Shown here in pieces: positions 13,664-25,900 of a DNA stretch of 64,000 bases. Each line of letters opens with the position of its first letter. The first letter of the stretch is position 1. The notes below the pieces were generated by a model. The model was given only the letters and a program-made list of their open reading frames with translations, did no database searches and was not told the DNA's origin. The DNA lies in the NCBI RefSeq assembly GCF_030028105.1, contig NC_092374.1, positions 201,577,577-201,641,576 of the forward strand. The letters are read 5' to 3'. The DNA is from Mobula birostris. Its lineage: Eukaryota. Both the position numbers and the translations under genes were made by a program.

Positions 13664-14799
13664 TCTAGTATTTATGCCCAACTAATTGCCAGCCTTCGGC
13701 CCATATCCCTCCAAACTTTTCCAATCCCTGTGACTGTCTGAATTCCTCATGATTTCCTCCATCGATTCCTCTGGCAGCTTGTTCTATATATTCATTGTCT
13801 GTGTGAAAAGGTTTTCACCTCTGATCTTAAACCGAAATGGAGATATTTTAGTCATACAGCATGGAGACAGGCCACTCAGCCCAACAGGGCCATACTGACC
13901 ACAGCATCCTCTCTGCTTGTCCTGTTTGCCCTTGTTCAGCCCATAACCATCCAGGCCCTTCCCCTCCATTTAGGTACTCAAATGTCTTTAAATGTTGCAA
14001 TCGTACGCACTGCCAATTCCTCTGGCAGCTCATTCCAGGTACACAATATACTCTGCGTAAATAAGTTACCTCTCTCATCTTATATCTGTGTCCTCTAGTT
14101 TTCAACTCCCTCTACCCTGAGAAAAAGACTATTACCATCTAAATTATCAATATTCTTCATGAGATTAAAACTCCTTGGAAGTCACTTCCCATCCTCCTAT
14201 GACCCAAGGAATTAAAGATTCAGTTTGGCCATGTTCTCCCGTCAGCTCATTTGCTCTAGTCCAGGCAGTAACCTTTTATATTCCTTCTGTACCCTCTCCG
14301 GCTTGACAATATCTTTGCTATAGCAGGGTGACAGAAACTGTACATAATACTACAAGTGAGGTCTCATCAATGACATATAATGCCCTGACTGATGAAGACT
14401 TGTGTGCTAAATGCCTTATTCACCATCCTGTCTCTGTGCGTGACCCCTTTCATCACTCTGTGTACTTGTCCCTCTGTCCCACAGTACTCATCAGTGCCCT
14501 GTATAGGTCATACCCTGGTTTGAACATCCAAGGCACATTACCTCGCAGTTAAAATCAATTTGCCACTCCTTAGCCCATCTTCATAACTGATCAACGTCTC
14601 TTTACAGCTTGCTTTATAATCAACAAACCCCTCTAACATAGTATCATCAGCAAACTTGCTAATGGTGCCACGTATTGTACATTCACATCAAAATCAATTA
14701 TTAGATAATTAAAGAATAATAAGGGTCCTAACAACACCCCACTAGTCACAGGCTTCCAGTTGGAGAATCAACCATCAAGCATCACCCTCTGCTTCCGAT

Positions 14800-17700
14800 C
14801 ATTCAACCAATTTTACGGAGTAAGATAGGAAGCTGAAAAACAGGACCTCCAGGGTAGTAATCTCTGGATTATTGCCCATGCCATGCGACAGTGAGGGTAA
14901 GACTAGGATGATTTGGCAGATGAATATGTGGCTGAGGAACTGCTGCAGGGGGCAGGGTTTCTGATCTCTGGATCATTGGGATCTTTACTGGGGAAAGTTA
15001 TGACCTGTACAAAAGCGGGGTGTTACACCCGAACCCAAGGGGGAATCAATATCCCTGAGGGCAAGTTTGCTAGAGTTGTTCAGGAGGGTTTAAACTAGTC
15101 TGGCAGGTGTATGTGAACCCGAGTGATAGTCCTGAGAATGGAGTAGTTGGTTTACAAACAGAGGCAGTGTGTAGTGAAACTTCTAGCAAGGAGAGGCTGA
15201 CAATAGGGCAACATTGCTGTCAACAGGATGAGTTGTGGTGGACAAAATCACAAAAGGGTGAATGTAGGACTGAAGATTTTATATTTAAATGTGCACAGTA
15301 TATAGAATAAAGTAGATGAACTTGTAGCACAGTTACAGATTGGCATGTATGATGTTGTGGCCATCACGGAATCATGGCTGAAGGAAGATTATAGCTGAGA
15401 GTTTAACATCCAAGGATACACATTGTATTGAAAGGACAGGCAAGTAGACAAGGAGGATGGCTCACTGTGTTGGTTAAAAAAAAAGAAATTAAATCATTCC
15501 AAAGAGGTGATATAGGGTTGGAAGGTACAGTACTGAATTGTTGTGAGTAGAGCTAAGGAACTGCGAGGGTAAAAATACCCTGCTGGGAGTAATATACAGT
15601 TCCCAAAGAATCATAAGGATATGATCTACAAATTACAATGGGAAATAGAAAATGCATGCCAAAAGGGGAATGTTAAAATAGTCATGGTGGATTTTAATAT
15701 GAGGTATATTGGGAAGATTATGTTGGTGCTAGATCCTAAGAGGGGGAGTTTCTTGAATGCCTATGAGATGGCTTTTTAGAGCCCACAAGGGAATCACCTA
15801 TTCTGGATTGATTGTTGTGCAATGAATTGGAATTCATTGGAAAGCTTAAGGCTAAGGGAACCCTTGGGGACAAGAGATCATAATACGATACAACTCACCC
15901 AGAGAATTGAGAAGGAGAAGCTAAAGTCAGATATATCAGTATTACCGTGAAGTAAAGGAAATTACAGAAGCATGAGGGAGGAGGTAGCTAAAATTGACTG
16001 GAAAAGAACACCTGACAGGCAGAACAACAATGGCTGAAATTTCTGCAGCAATTCTGCAGCAAAATTCTTACAGTGATTGTAAGAATTGGAGGAGATGGCA
16101 GTTGAATGTGTGGCTGAGGAGTTGGTGCAGGGAGCAGGGTTTTAGATTTTTGGACCATTGGGATCTCTTCTGGGGTAGGTGGGACCTGCACAGATTGGAT
16201 GGGTTGCACCTGAACTCAAGGGGGAGCAATATCCTTGCAGGTAGGTTTGCTAGCGTGGTTCGGGAGGGTTTAAACTAATTTGCAAGGGGGATGGGACCCA
16301 GAGTGATAGAGCAGTGAAAGAAGTGCATGGAGTAAAGCCAGATCTAACATATAGAGAGGCTTTGAGGAAAGAGAAGCAGAATAAACGGTATAAAAGTAGT
16401 AAGGTAGAAGGGCTGAAATGTGTGCACCTCAATGCAAGAAGCATCAGAAACAAAGGTGATGAACTGAGAGCTTCGATTCATACATGGAATTATGATGTAG
16501 TGGCCATTACAGAGACTTGGCTGGCACCAGGGCAGGAATGAATTCTCAATATTCCTGAATTTCAGTGCTTTAGAAGGGAGAGAGAGGGCGGGAAAAGGGG
16601 AGGAGGGGTGGCATTACTGGTCAGGGATACTATTACAGCTACGGAAAGGGTGGGTAATGTAGCAGGATCCTCTTTTGAGTCAGTATGCATGGAAGTCAGG
16701 AACAGGAAGGGAGCAGTTACTCTATTGGGGGTATTCTATAGGCCCCCTGGCAGCAGCAGAGTTACAGAGGAGCAGATTGGGAGGCAGATTTTGGAAAGGT
16801 GCAAAAATAACAGGGTTGTTATCATGGGTGACTTTAACTTCCCTAATATTGATTGGCACCTGATTAGTTCTAAGGGTTTAGATGGAGCAGAGTTTGTTAA
16901 GTGTGTCCAGGACGGATTCTTGTCACAGTATGTGGACAGGCCGACTAGGGGGAATGCCATACTAGATCTAGTACTAGGTAATGAACCGGGTCAGGTCACA
17001 GATCTCTCAGTGGGTGAGCATCTGGGGGACAGTGACCACCGCTCCCTGGCCTTTAGCATTATCATGGAAAAGGACAGAATCAGAGAAGACAGGAAAATTT
17101 TTAATTGGGGAAGGGAAAATTATGAGGCTATAAGGCTAGAACTTGCGGGTGTGAATTGGGATGACGTTTTTGCAGGGAATGTACTATGGACATGTGGTCG
17201 ATGTTTAGAGATCTCTTGCGGGATGTTAGGGATAAACTTGTCCCGGTGAGGAAGATAAAAAATGGTAGGGTGAAGGAACCATGGATGACAAGTGAGGTGG
17301 AAAATCTAGTCAGATGGAAAAAGGCAGCATACATGAGGATTAGGAAACAAGGATCAGATGGGTCTATTGAGGAATATAGGGAAGCAAGAAAGGAGCTCAA
17401 GAAGGGGCTGAGAAGAGCAAGAAGGGGGCATGAGAAGGCCTTGGTGAGTAGGGTAAAGGAAAACCCCAAGGCATTCTTCAATTATGTGAAGAAAAAAAGG
17501 ATGACAGGAGTGAAGGTAGGACCAATTAGAGATAAAGGTGGGAAGATGTGCCTGGAGGCTGTGGAAGTGAGCGAGGACCTCAATGAATACTTCTCTTCGG
17601 TATTCACCAGTGAGAGGGAACTTGATGATGGTGAGGACACTATGAGTGAGGTTGATGTTCTGGAGCATGTTGATCTTAAGGGAGAGGAGGTGTTGGAGTT

Positions 17701-20700
17701 GTTAAAATACATTAGGACGGATAAGTCCCCGGGGCCTGACGGAATATTCCCCAGGCTGCTCCACAAGGCAAGGGAAGAGATTGCTGAGCCTCTGGCTAGG
17801 ATCTTTATGTCCTCGTTGTCCACGGGAATGGTACCGGAGGATTGGAGGGAGGCAAATGTTGTCCCCTTGTTCAAAAAAGGTAGTAGGGATAGTCCGGGTA
17901 ATTATAGACCAGTCAGCCTTATGTCTGTGGTGGGAAAGCTGTTGGAAAAGATTCTTAGAGATAGGATCTATGGGCATTCAGAGAATCATGGTCTGATCAG
18001 GGACAGTCAGCATGGCTTTGTGAAGGGCAGATCGTGTCTAACAAGCCTGATAGAGTTCTTTGAGGATGTGACCAGGAATATAGATGAGGGTAGTGCTGTG
18101 GATGTGATCTGTATGGATTTTGGTAAGGCATTTGACGCGGTTCCACACGGAAGGCTTATTCAGAAAGTCAGAAGGCATGGGATCCAGGGAAGTTTGGCCA
18201 GGTGGATTCAGAATTGGCTTGCCTGCAGAAGGCAGAGGGTGGTGGTGGAGGGAGTACATTCAGATTGGAGGATTGTGACTAGTGGTGTCCCACAAGGATC
18301 TGTTCTGGGACCTCTACTTTTTGTGATTTTTATTAACGACCTGGATGTGGGGGTAGAAGGGTGGGATGGCAAGTTTGCAGATGACACAAAGGTTGGTGGT
18401 GTTGTAGATAGTGTAGAGGATTGTCGAAGATTGCAGAGAGACATTGATAGGATGCAGAAGTCGGCTGAGAAGTGGAAGATGAAGTGCAACCTGGAGAAGT
18501 GTGAGGTGGTACACTTTGGAAGGACAAACTCCAAGGCAGAGTACAAAGTAAATGGCAGGATAGTTGGTAGTGTGGAGGAGCAGAGGGATCTCGGGGTACA
18601 TGTCCACAGATCCCTGAAAGTTGCCTCACAGGTGGATAGGGTAGTTAAGAAAGCTTATGGGGTGTTAGCTTTCATAAGTTTGAGAATAGAGTTTAAGAGT
18701 CGCGAAGTAATGATGCAGCTCTATAAAACTCTGGTTAGGCCACACTTGGAGTACTGTGTCCCGTTCTGGTCACCTCACTATAGGAAGGATGTGGAAGCAT
18801 TGGAAAGGGTACAGAGGAGGTTTACCAGGATGCTGCCTGGTTTAGAGAGTATGGATTATGATCAGAGATTAAGGGAGCTAGGGCTTTACTCTTTGGAGAG
18901 AAGGAGGATGAGAGGAGACATGATAGAGGTGTACAAGATAATAAGAGGAATTGATATAGTGGATAGCCAGCGCCTCTTCCCAGGGCACCACTGCTCAATA
19001 CAAGAGGACATGGCTTTAAGGTAAGGGGTGGGAAGTTCAAAGGGGATATTAGAGGAAGGTTTTTTACTCAGAGAGTGATTGGTGCATGGAATGCACTGCC
19101 TGAGTCAGTGGTGGAGGCAGATACACTAGTGAAGTTTAAGAGATTACTAGACAGGTATATGGAGGAATTTAAGGTCGGGGGTTATATGGGAGGCAGGGTT
19201 TGAGGGTCGGCACAACATTGTGGGCCGAAGGGCCTGTACTGTGCTGTACTATTCTATGTTCTATGTTCTATGTAATTTGGAAGGTGGCGGATACATACAT
19301 CCCTAAGAGGAGGAAGTATTCTAAGGGAAAGATGACACAACTGACGCTAACAAGAAAAGTCAATGCCAACGTAAAAGCCAAAGAGAAGTCATATAAAAGA
19401 GTGAAAAGTCATGGGAAGTTAGAGGATTGGGAAGCTTTTAAAAACCCACAGAAGGCAACTAAAAAAGTCAAGATGAAAAAGACGGAATATGAAAGTAAGC
19501 TAGCCATTATTATTAAAGAGGATAACAAAAGTTTCTTCAGATGCATAAAGTGTAAAAGAGAGGCGATAGTGGATATCAGACTGCTGGAAAACAATTCTGG
19601 GGAGGTAGTAATGGGAGACAAAGAAATAGCAGATGACTGAATAAGTATTTTGCATCAGTATGCTGGAAGCTCAAGAGTTCAAGGGGTATGAATTTGCCAT
19701 TATAAAGTAGAAGGTTCTGCGAAACCGGAAGGTCTGAAGGTAGATACATCAACTGGACCAGATGGTGTACACACGAGGGTTTTGAAAGAGGTGGCTGAAG
19801 GGATTGTGGGGGGATTAGTAATGATCTTTCAAGATTGAGGAATTGTTCTGGAAAACTGAAAATTTGCAAATGTCAGTCCACTCTTCAAGAAGGGAGAAGG
19901 GCAGCAGAAAGGATATCATAGGCCAGTTTGTCTGACCTGGAGTTGATTGATAAGGATGTAGTATCATGGTAGTTGGAGGCACATGATAAAATATGGTGTA
20001 GTCAGCATGGTTTCCTCGAGGGGAAATCCTGCTTGACAAATCTGAAGGAGTTCTTTGAAGAAATATTAAGCGGGATAGACAATGGATATTTGGTGGGTGT
20101 TGTGTTCTTGGATTTTCAGAAGGCCTTTGACAAGATGCCACACATGAGGTTGCTTAATAAGTTAAGAGTCCATAGTATTACTGTGAAGATTCTAGCATGG
20201 GTTAAGCTGATTGGAAGGAAGCAAATAGTGGGAATAAAGAGAGCCTCTTCTGGTTGGCTGTTGATGATTAGTGGTGCTCCACAGGGGTCTTTATTGGAAC
20301 AACTTTTTATGCTACATGTCAATGATTTGGATGATGGAATTGATAGTTTTGTTGCAAAGTTCACAGACAATATGAAGATAGGTGAAGGGGCATGTAAGTT
20401 TGAGGAAATAGGGAGGGTACAGAAGGTCTTAGACAGATTGGTATCATGGACAAAGAAGTGGGCGATGGAATACAGTGTCAGGAAGTGTATGGTCATGCGC
20501 TTTGGTAGAAGAAATAAAAGAGTAGACTATTTTCTAAATGGAAAGAAAACTCAAAAATCTGATGCTCAAAGGGACTTGGGAGTCCTTGTGTAGTCCCTGA
20601 AGTTTAACTTGCAGTTGAGTCTGTGGTAAAGAAGGCAAATGTAGTGTTAGCATTCATTTCAAGAGGATTAGAATATAAATACAAAAAGGTAATATTGAGG

Positions 20701-21255
20701 CTTTACCAAGCACTGGTGAGGCATCACTTGGAGTAGTGTGAGCAGTTTTGGGCCCATTATCTTAGAAAGGATGTGCTGACATTGGTGAGCATTCAAAGGA
20801 GTTTCAGAAAAATGATTTTGGGATTGAAAGGCTTGTCATATGAAGAGCATTTGATAGTTCTGCATCTGTACTACTGGAATTCAGAAGAATGAGAAGAATG
20901 TTGAAAGGCTTTGGTAGTTTGGGTGTCGTGAGGATAATTCCTATGGTGGGAGAATCTAAGACCAGAGGACGCAGTCTAAGAATAGACGGGTGCCCTTTTA
21001 TAATGGAAATAAGGAGGAGTTTCTTCAGCCAGAGAGGGGTGAATCTGTGGAATTCATTGCGACAGGTGGCTGTGGAGGCCAAGTCATTGGGTATATTTAA
21101 GGCAGAGGTTGATAAATTTGTCAGGGTGTGAAGGGATAGGGGAGAAGGCAGGAGATTGGGGCTCAGAGGAAAAATGGATCAGCCATGATGAAATGGTGGA
21201 GCAGACTCGATGGGACAAATGGCCTAATCTTGTTCCTATCTTTTCTGGTCTTATG
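14800..21255 (+). mobile_element. Older degenerate CR1 LINE, split by the insertion at 16075-19272
   Basis: ORF1 end and APE remnants at 14800-16065. ORF2 resumes at about 19276 (TYIPKRRKYSKG) and continues through SQHGF, DFQKAFDK and QGS to a CR1 3' end. Confidence 0.8.
16075..19272 (+). mobile_element. CR1 LINE, young 5'-truncated copy: end of ORF1 (esterase-like) plus disrupted ORF2 (APE endonuclease + RT)
   Basis: ORF1 end ...WCREQGFRFLDHW...GLN*. ORF2 motifs [44 protein letters not shown]. The 3' tail is (ttctatg)n. Lesions: stop at 16539-16541 and frameshifts near 17185 and 18980. Confidence 0.92.
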
Positions 21256-21479
21256 GTCCAATTCTGAATCTACCCCTTCTCATAATGGGAGACATTGTTC
21301 TAGCCTGACCCGTCTGTTGCTAAATAGGTTCTTTTTATTTATTGAATTAGGTCTGTTTGTTGCACTTTCTGAAACTAACTCACTGGCAGATAACATTGGA
21401 AGTAAAGACACTAAATGACTTTAATACAACAATAACATGATAAAATAGGCCAAAGTCAGCATGAGTTACTTCCAAGAAA

Positions 21480-22400
21480 ATCGGTGGAAGTTGAGTGATT
21501 AGGTTTGCAGAAAGACTTTGAGAATGTGCCACCCATGAGGCTGCTTAACAAGATAACAATCAATGTATTTCAGGGCGGATACTAGCACTGCTAGAAGATT
21601 GGCTGACGGACAAAAGGAAGAGAGTGGGAATAAATGGGGCCTTTTTTTGGTTGGCTGCTGGTAACAAATGAACCCACAGAGATCGATGTTGGGACAGCTT
21701 ATTTTCACACTATATGTGATTTGGATGTCAGAATTGATGGCTTTGTGGACAAGTTTGCATACTATATGAAGGTAGGTGGAGGTGCAGTTAGTGTCGTGGA
21801 AGCAGAGAGTTGGCAGAAGAACTTAGACAGACTGGGAGAATGGGCAAAGAGGAGGCAGATGGAATACAGTGTACCGCGGTGCATGATCATGTCTTTTGAT
21901 GGGAAGAATAAAGGTGTAGACTATTTTCTAAACGTGGAACAAATTTAGAAATCAGAGGGGGAGAGGGACTTGGGAATACCTGAAGATTAACTTGCAGGTT
22001 GAGTCAGTGGTGAGGAGGGCAAACTCAATTTTAGCATTCATTTCAAGAGTACTGGAATATAAAAGCAAATGTGTAATACTAAGGCTTTATAAGACAGTTG
22101 TCAGAGTAAATGGGGTATTGTGAGCAGTTTATCTAAAGTAGAATGTGCTGGCATTGGAGAGGGTCCAGAGAAGGTTCGTGAGAATGATCCCAAAAATGAA
22201 GGGGTTAACCTGTGATGGTTCTGGGCCTATACTCGCTGTAACTTAGGAGACAGTGAGGAATCTCATTGAAACCAATCGAACATTGAAAAGGCTAGACATA
22301 GTGGACTTGCAGAGAATGTTTCCTGTCGTGGGAGAGTCAAGGGCCAGAGAGAACAGCCTCAAAATACAAGGCTGCCTCTTTAGAATAAGATGAGCAGAAA
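21480..22400 (+). mobile_element. Degenerate CR1 ORF2 3' fragment
   Basis: Remnants of KFADD (DKFAYY), LDRLGEWA and LERVQRRF motifs. Confidence 0.7.
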
Positions 22401-22679
22401 TTTCATCTTTTCCCTTCTTATAGCTTTTTAGGTTGCCTTTTGTTGGATTTTAAAAGCTTCTTATCATCCAACTTCCAATACTCCAAATTCAGCCCCACCA
22501 AGTCTCATACAGCTTCAACATAACATCCCATCTTCTGCACTCAATACTTTGATTTATGAAGGGCAATGTGCCAAAAACTTTTTTTTTGCCACCTTTGTCC
22601 CACAGAACTGACAGAAGGTCGGGTCTGTCTTACTTTCTCTCGGTCAACAGCTGGTAACAACTTCAGCAGGAGTGTACAC

Positions 22680-22987
22680 TTACGCCAGATGGAACCGCTT
22701 CTCTCCGGGATAGGAGAGGGACTCGTGCCCCACCACGCAGACGTACGTTCGCGAACGGCTCACATTCGACAAGGGTATGGTTATCTGACTCGCCGTGCTA
22801 TAGGTCCCGCTCGAGTCCGACACCACCGGGAAGTTGGTGACGCCACCCCTCTCCGGTACACCACGGTCCGTCCTCCAGCTCACGTAGATATCGGCCGGGA
22901 AGAAGCCAGACACGTAACAGACGAGTGTCACTGTCTGCTCCGACTCCACTTTGAAGGAGGAGATTGTTGGCCTCCGCTGATTCTGCT
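22680..22987 (-). CDS. Ig gene exon 5: C1-set constant domain 3, ending in TAA
   Basis: Acceptor ttttatttccgtcgccccaacag|. Encodes VTLVCYVSGFFPADIYVSW...TYVCVVGHESL...FHLA*. The stop overlaps a gtaagt donor motif (see findings). Confidence 0.93.
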
Positions 22988-25900
22988 CTGTTGGGGCGAC
23001 GGAAATAAAACAGTTAATGCATTGGAGCCGGAGGTCCGATTTGTACTGAGAGATGGTATTACTCATCAATCTGACAATTAAACCTGTAAAAACTTGGTCA
23101 GTCCTCACTGTTGCCTACCTGTTGCGATGAAGTTCTGCCCTTTGCTGCCACGTGTTCTATTTTACTGGTTGAAGTGAATAGAAGACCGACTTGTCTAGAG
23201 TAAAACCTTGGCAGTCTCCAGGTCAGAAACAGGGCGGACTAATTTGAATGAAAGTTCATCACCCTGAAACAGCAACCGTTTCTCTCTCCACATGCGCTGC
23301 CTGGCCAGCTCGGCGTTTTCAGAAAATATATACTGTATATTTGCTAAAAGAAAAGCGGGCTTTACTAGGTGCACCAGTACAGCTGTTTGTTAATGCTAAT
23401 GTCTAATCAGCCAATCATATGGCAGCAGTTCAGTGCATAAAAGCATGCCGACATGGTCAAGAGGTTCAGCTATAAACAAGAGAAAATCTACAGATGCTGG
23501 AAAATCCAAGCACACACATAAAATGCTGGAGGAACTCAGCAGGCCAGAGTTTCAGCTCAAAACGTCGACTGTGCTTTTTTTTTCCACAGATGCTGCATGG
23601 CCTGTGAGTTTCTCCAGCATTTTGTATGTGTTGCCAAGAGGTTCAGTTGTTGTTCAGACCAAACAACAGAATGGGGAAGAAGAATGATCAAGTAACCTTG
23701 ACCTTGCAATGAATGTTGGAGTCAGACGGGGTGTTTTAATATCTCAGGAACTGCTGATCTCCTGGAGACTTTCTCGCACAAATCTCTAGAGTTTCCAAAG
23801 AATTGTGTGGAAAAACATAACCAAAAAAAAAATCCAGTGAGGGCATTTCTGTGGCCAGTTATGCCTTGTTAGTGAGAGAGGTCAGAGGAGAATGGCCAGA
23901 CTGGTTCAAGCTGACAGGAAGGCGACAGTAACTCTAATCACATTTACAACAGTGGTATGCAGAAGAGCATCTCTGAACTCGCAAGACGCTGAAACTTGAA
24001 GTCTATGGGCTACAGCAGCAGGAGGCCACAGACATACACTTGTGGTAACTTTATTAGGTATTGGAGTAAAGTGGCTAGTGAGTATATGTATAGGTATGTA
24101 TAATATAAACTGCTTTGGTTTATGTGTGTGTGAGAATAGAGTAAATGTGCAAGATCTGGTATCTAGAGCAGGGCTGCACCACACGAGCCTTTTCAACCTG
24201 TCCATGCATGTTGGTCACAATGGGTAATTAAGTAGCCACATTGGAGCAGAAGTAAGCCACTTCACCCCTGTAATCCTGTTGCGGTGTCCAGTAAGGTTCT
24301 CTGGATCCATGTTCCTGTTTCATCCCTAACTTCTCAGGTTCTGTTTCTGTCTGCAGGTAGAAGCGACACGGTAGTGTAGCAGTTAGAGTAACGCTATTAC
24401 TGTGCTAGCGACCCAAGTTCAGTTCCTGCTGCTATCTGTAAGGAGTTTCTCCCTGTGACTGCGTGGATTCCCTCCGGGTGCTCCGGTTTCCTCCGCGTTC
24501 CAAGGATGTACAGGCTAGTAGGCTCATCACTCACATGGACAACAGTCTTGTTCTACCAGATATGTTATTTTAAATTAAAATAAAATAGACTCTATGGATC
24601 TTTCCCAACTTAAGGCCTAACAATACACCAGGTTTCAGAATAATAAGAATTAATGTTAATTTAAAATACAAGGGAACACTAGGCAGTTCAAGCAGCGTCT
24701 TTGGAAAGTGAGAAAGAGCTGACGCTTTAGTTTCTGAAGTTTCATCGTTAACATGCTTTACCCCTTTTCACTGACAGTCACAAACACCTGGTTAGAAGTT
24801 AAATTCCAAAAAATTGCAGTTTGGAAAATACAAAAAGTGGATGGTTCTACATTGACCCAGTCTCGGGTATTTGACTGTGGCAAAAAATGGTCTAATTAGC
24901 TGCCCTATTCAGAGTCATACAGCTATAAAACAGTACAGTACAGAAACAGGCCCTTCGGCCTGTCTAGTCCATTCTGGACTATTAATCTGCTTAGTCACAT
25001 CCACATGCACCTGGACCATAGGGTTCCATACCCCTCTCATCCTTATGCCTATCCAAAGTTCCCTTCAATGTTGAAATCAAACCCACATTCACCACTTCTG
25101 CTGGCACCTCGTTCCACACTCTCACTGCCCTCTGAGTGACAAAGTTCTCCTCATATTCCCTTTAAACATTTCACCCTTCACCCTTACCTATGACCTCTCA
25201 TTCTCGCCTCACCCACCCTCAGTGAAAAAGAAGCCTCCTTGCATTTACCCTACCCATACATTGCATAATTTTGTATATCTCTATCAAGGGATTGGGGACC
25301 GGTTACACTTCAATCCAAGGGGCAGCAATAACTTTGTGGGCAGGTTTACTGGAGCCATCAGAAGTAGTTTAAACTAATATGGCAGGGGGATGGGAAGCAG
25401 TATGATAGAGCTGAGGATGAGCTAGCAGGCTTACAAGTAGATGATGGGTGTAACATGAATATAAGGAAGGAATTGGTACTGCTGCAGACAGCAAAGAGTT
25501 AAATTGTACCACAGAGGCAAAATTCAAAAGAGTGAAGAATGCAGGACTGAAGATGCTGTATTTAAATACAAATAGTATTTGGAATAAGGTGGACAAACTC
25601 GTGGTTGGTCAGTCTGATGTTCTGGACATCACTGAGTCATGGCTGAAGGAAGGCTATAGTTGAGGGCATAACATCAAAGGATATACCTTGTACTGGAAGG
25701 ACAGGCAGGAAGGCATACGTGGTGGTGTGGCTCTGTTGGTAAGAGATGGAATTACATCTTTGGAAAGAGTCTGAGAATGTTGAATCTTTGTGAGTGGAGT
25801 TAAGAAACTGCAGGTGTAAAATACAATTACGAGACTCATATATAGGCCTCCAAATAGTAACCAAAATGTGGAATTGAGATTGCAAAGGGAGCTAGAAAGG

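Noticed and set aside
17186-19024. 612-aa ORF, the longest in the track
   Set aside because: It is a CR1 ORF2 reverse transcriptase fragment, not a host gene, and the element carries a stop and frameshifts.
23119-23175. Possible small hinge-like exon between C2 and C3 (ttcaaccag|...caacag|gtaggc, minus strand)
   Set aside because: Every acceptor choice I tried gives a length or phase incompatible with the phase-1 neighbours, or contains a stop.
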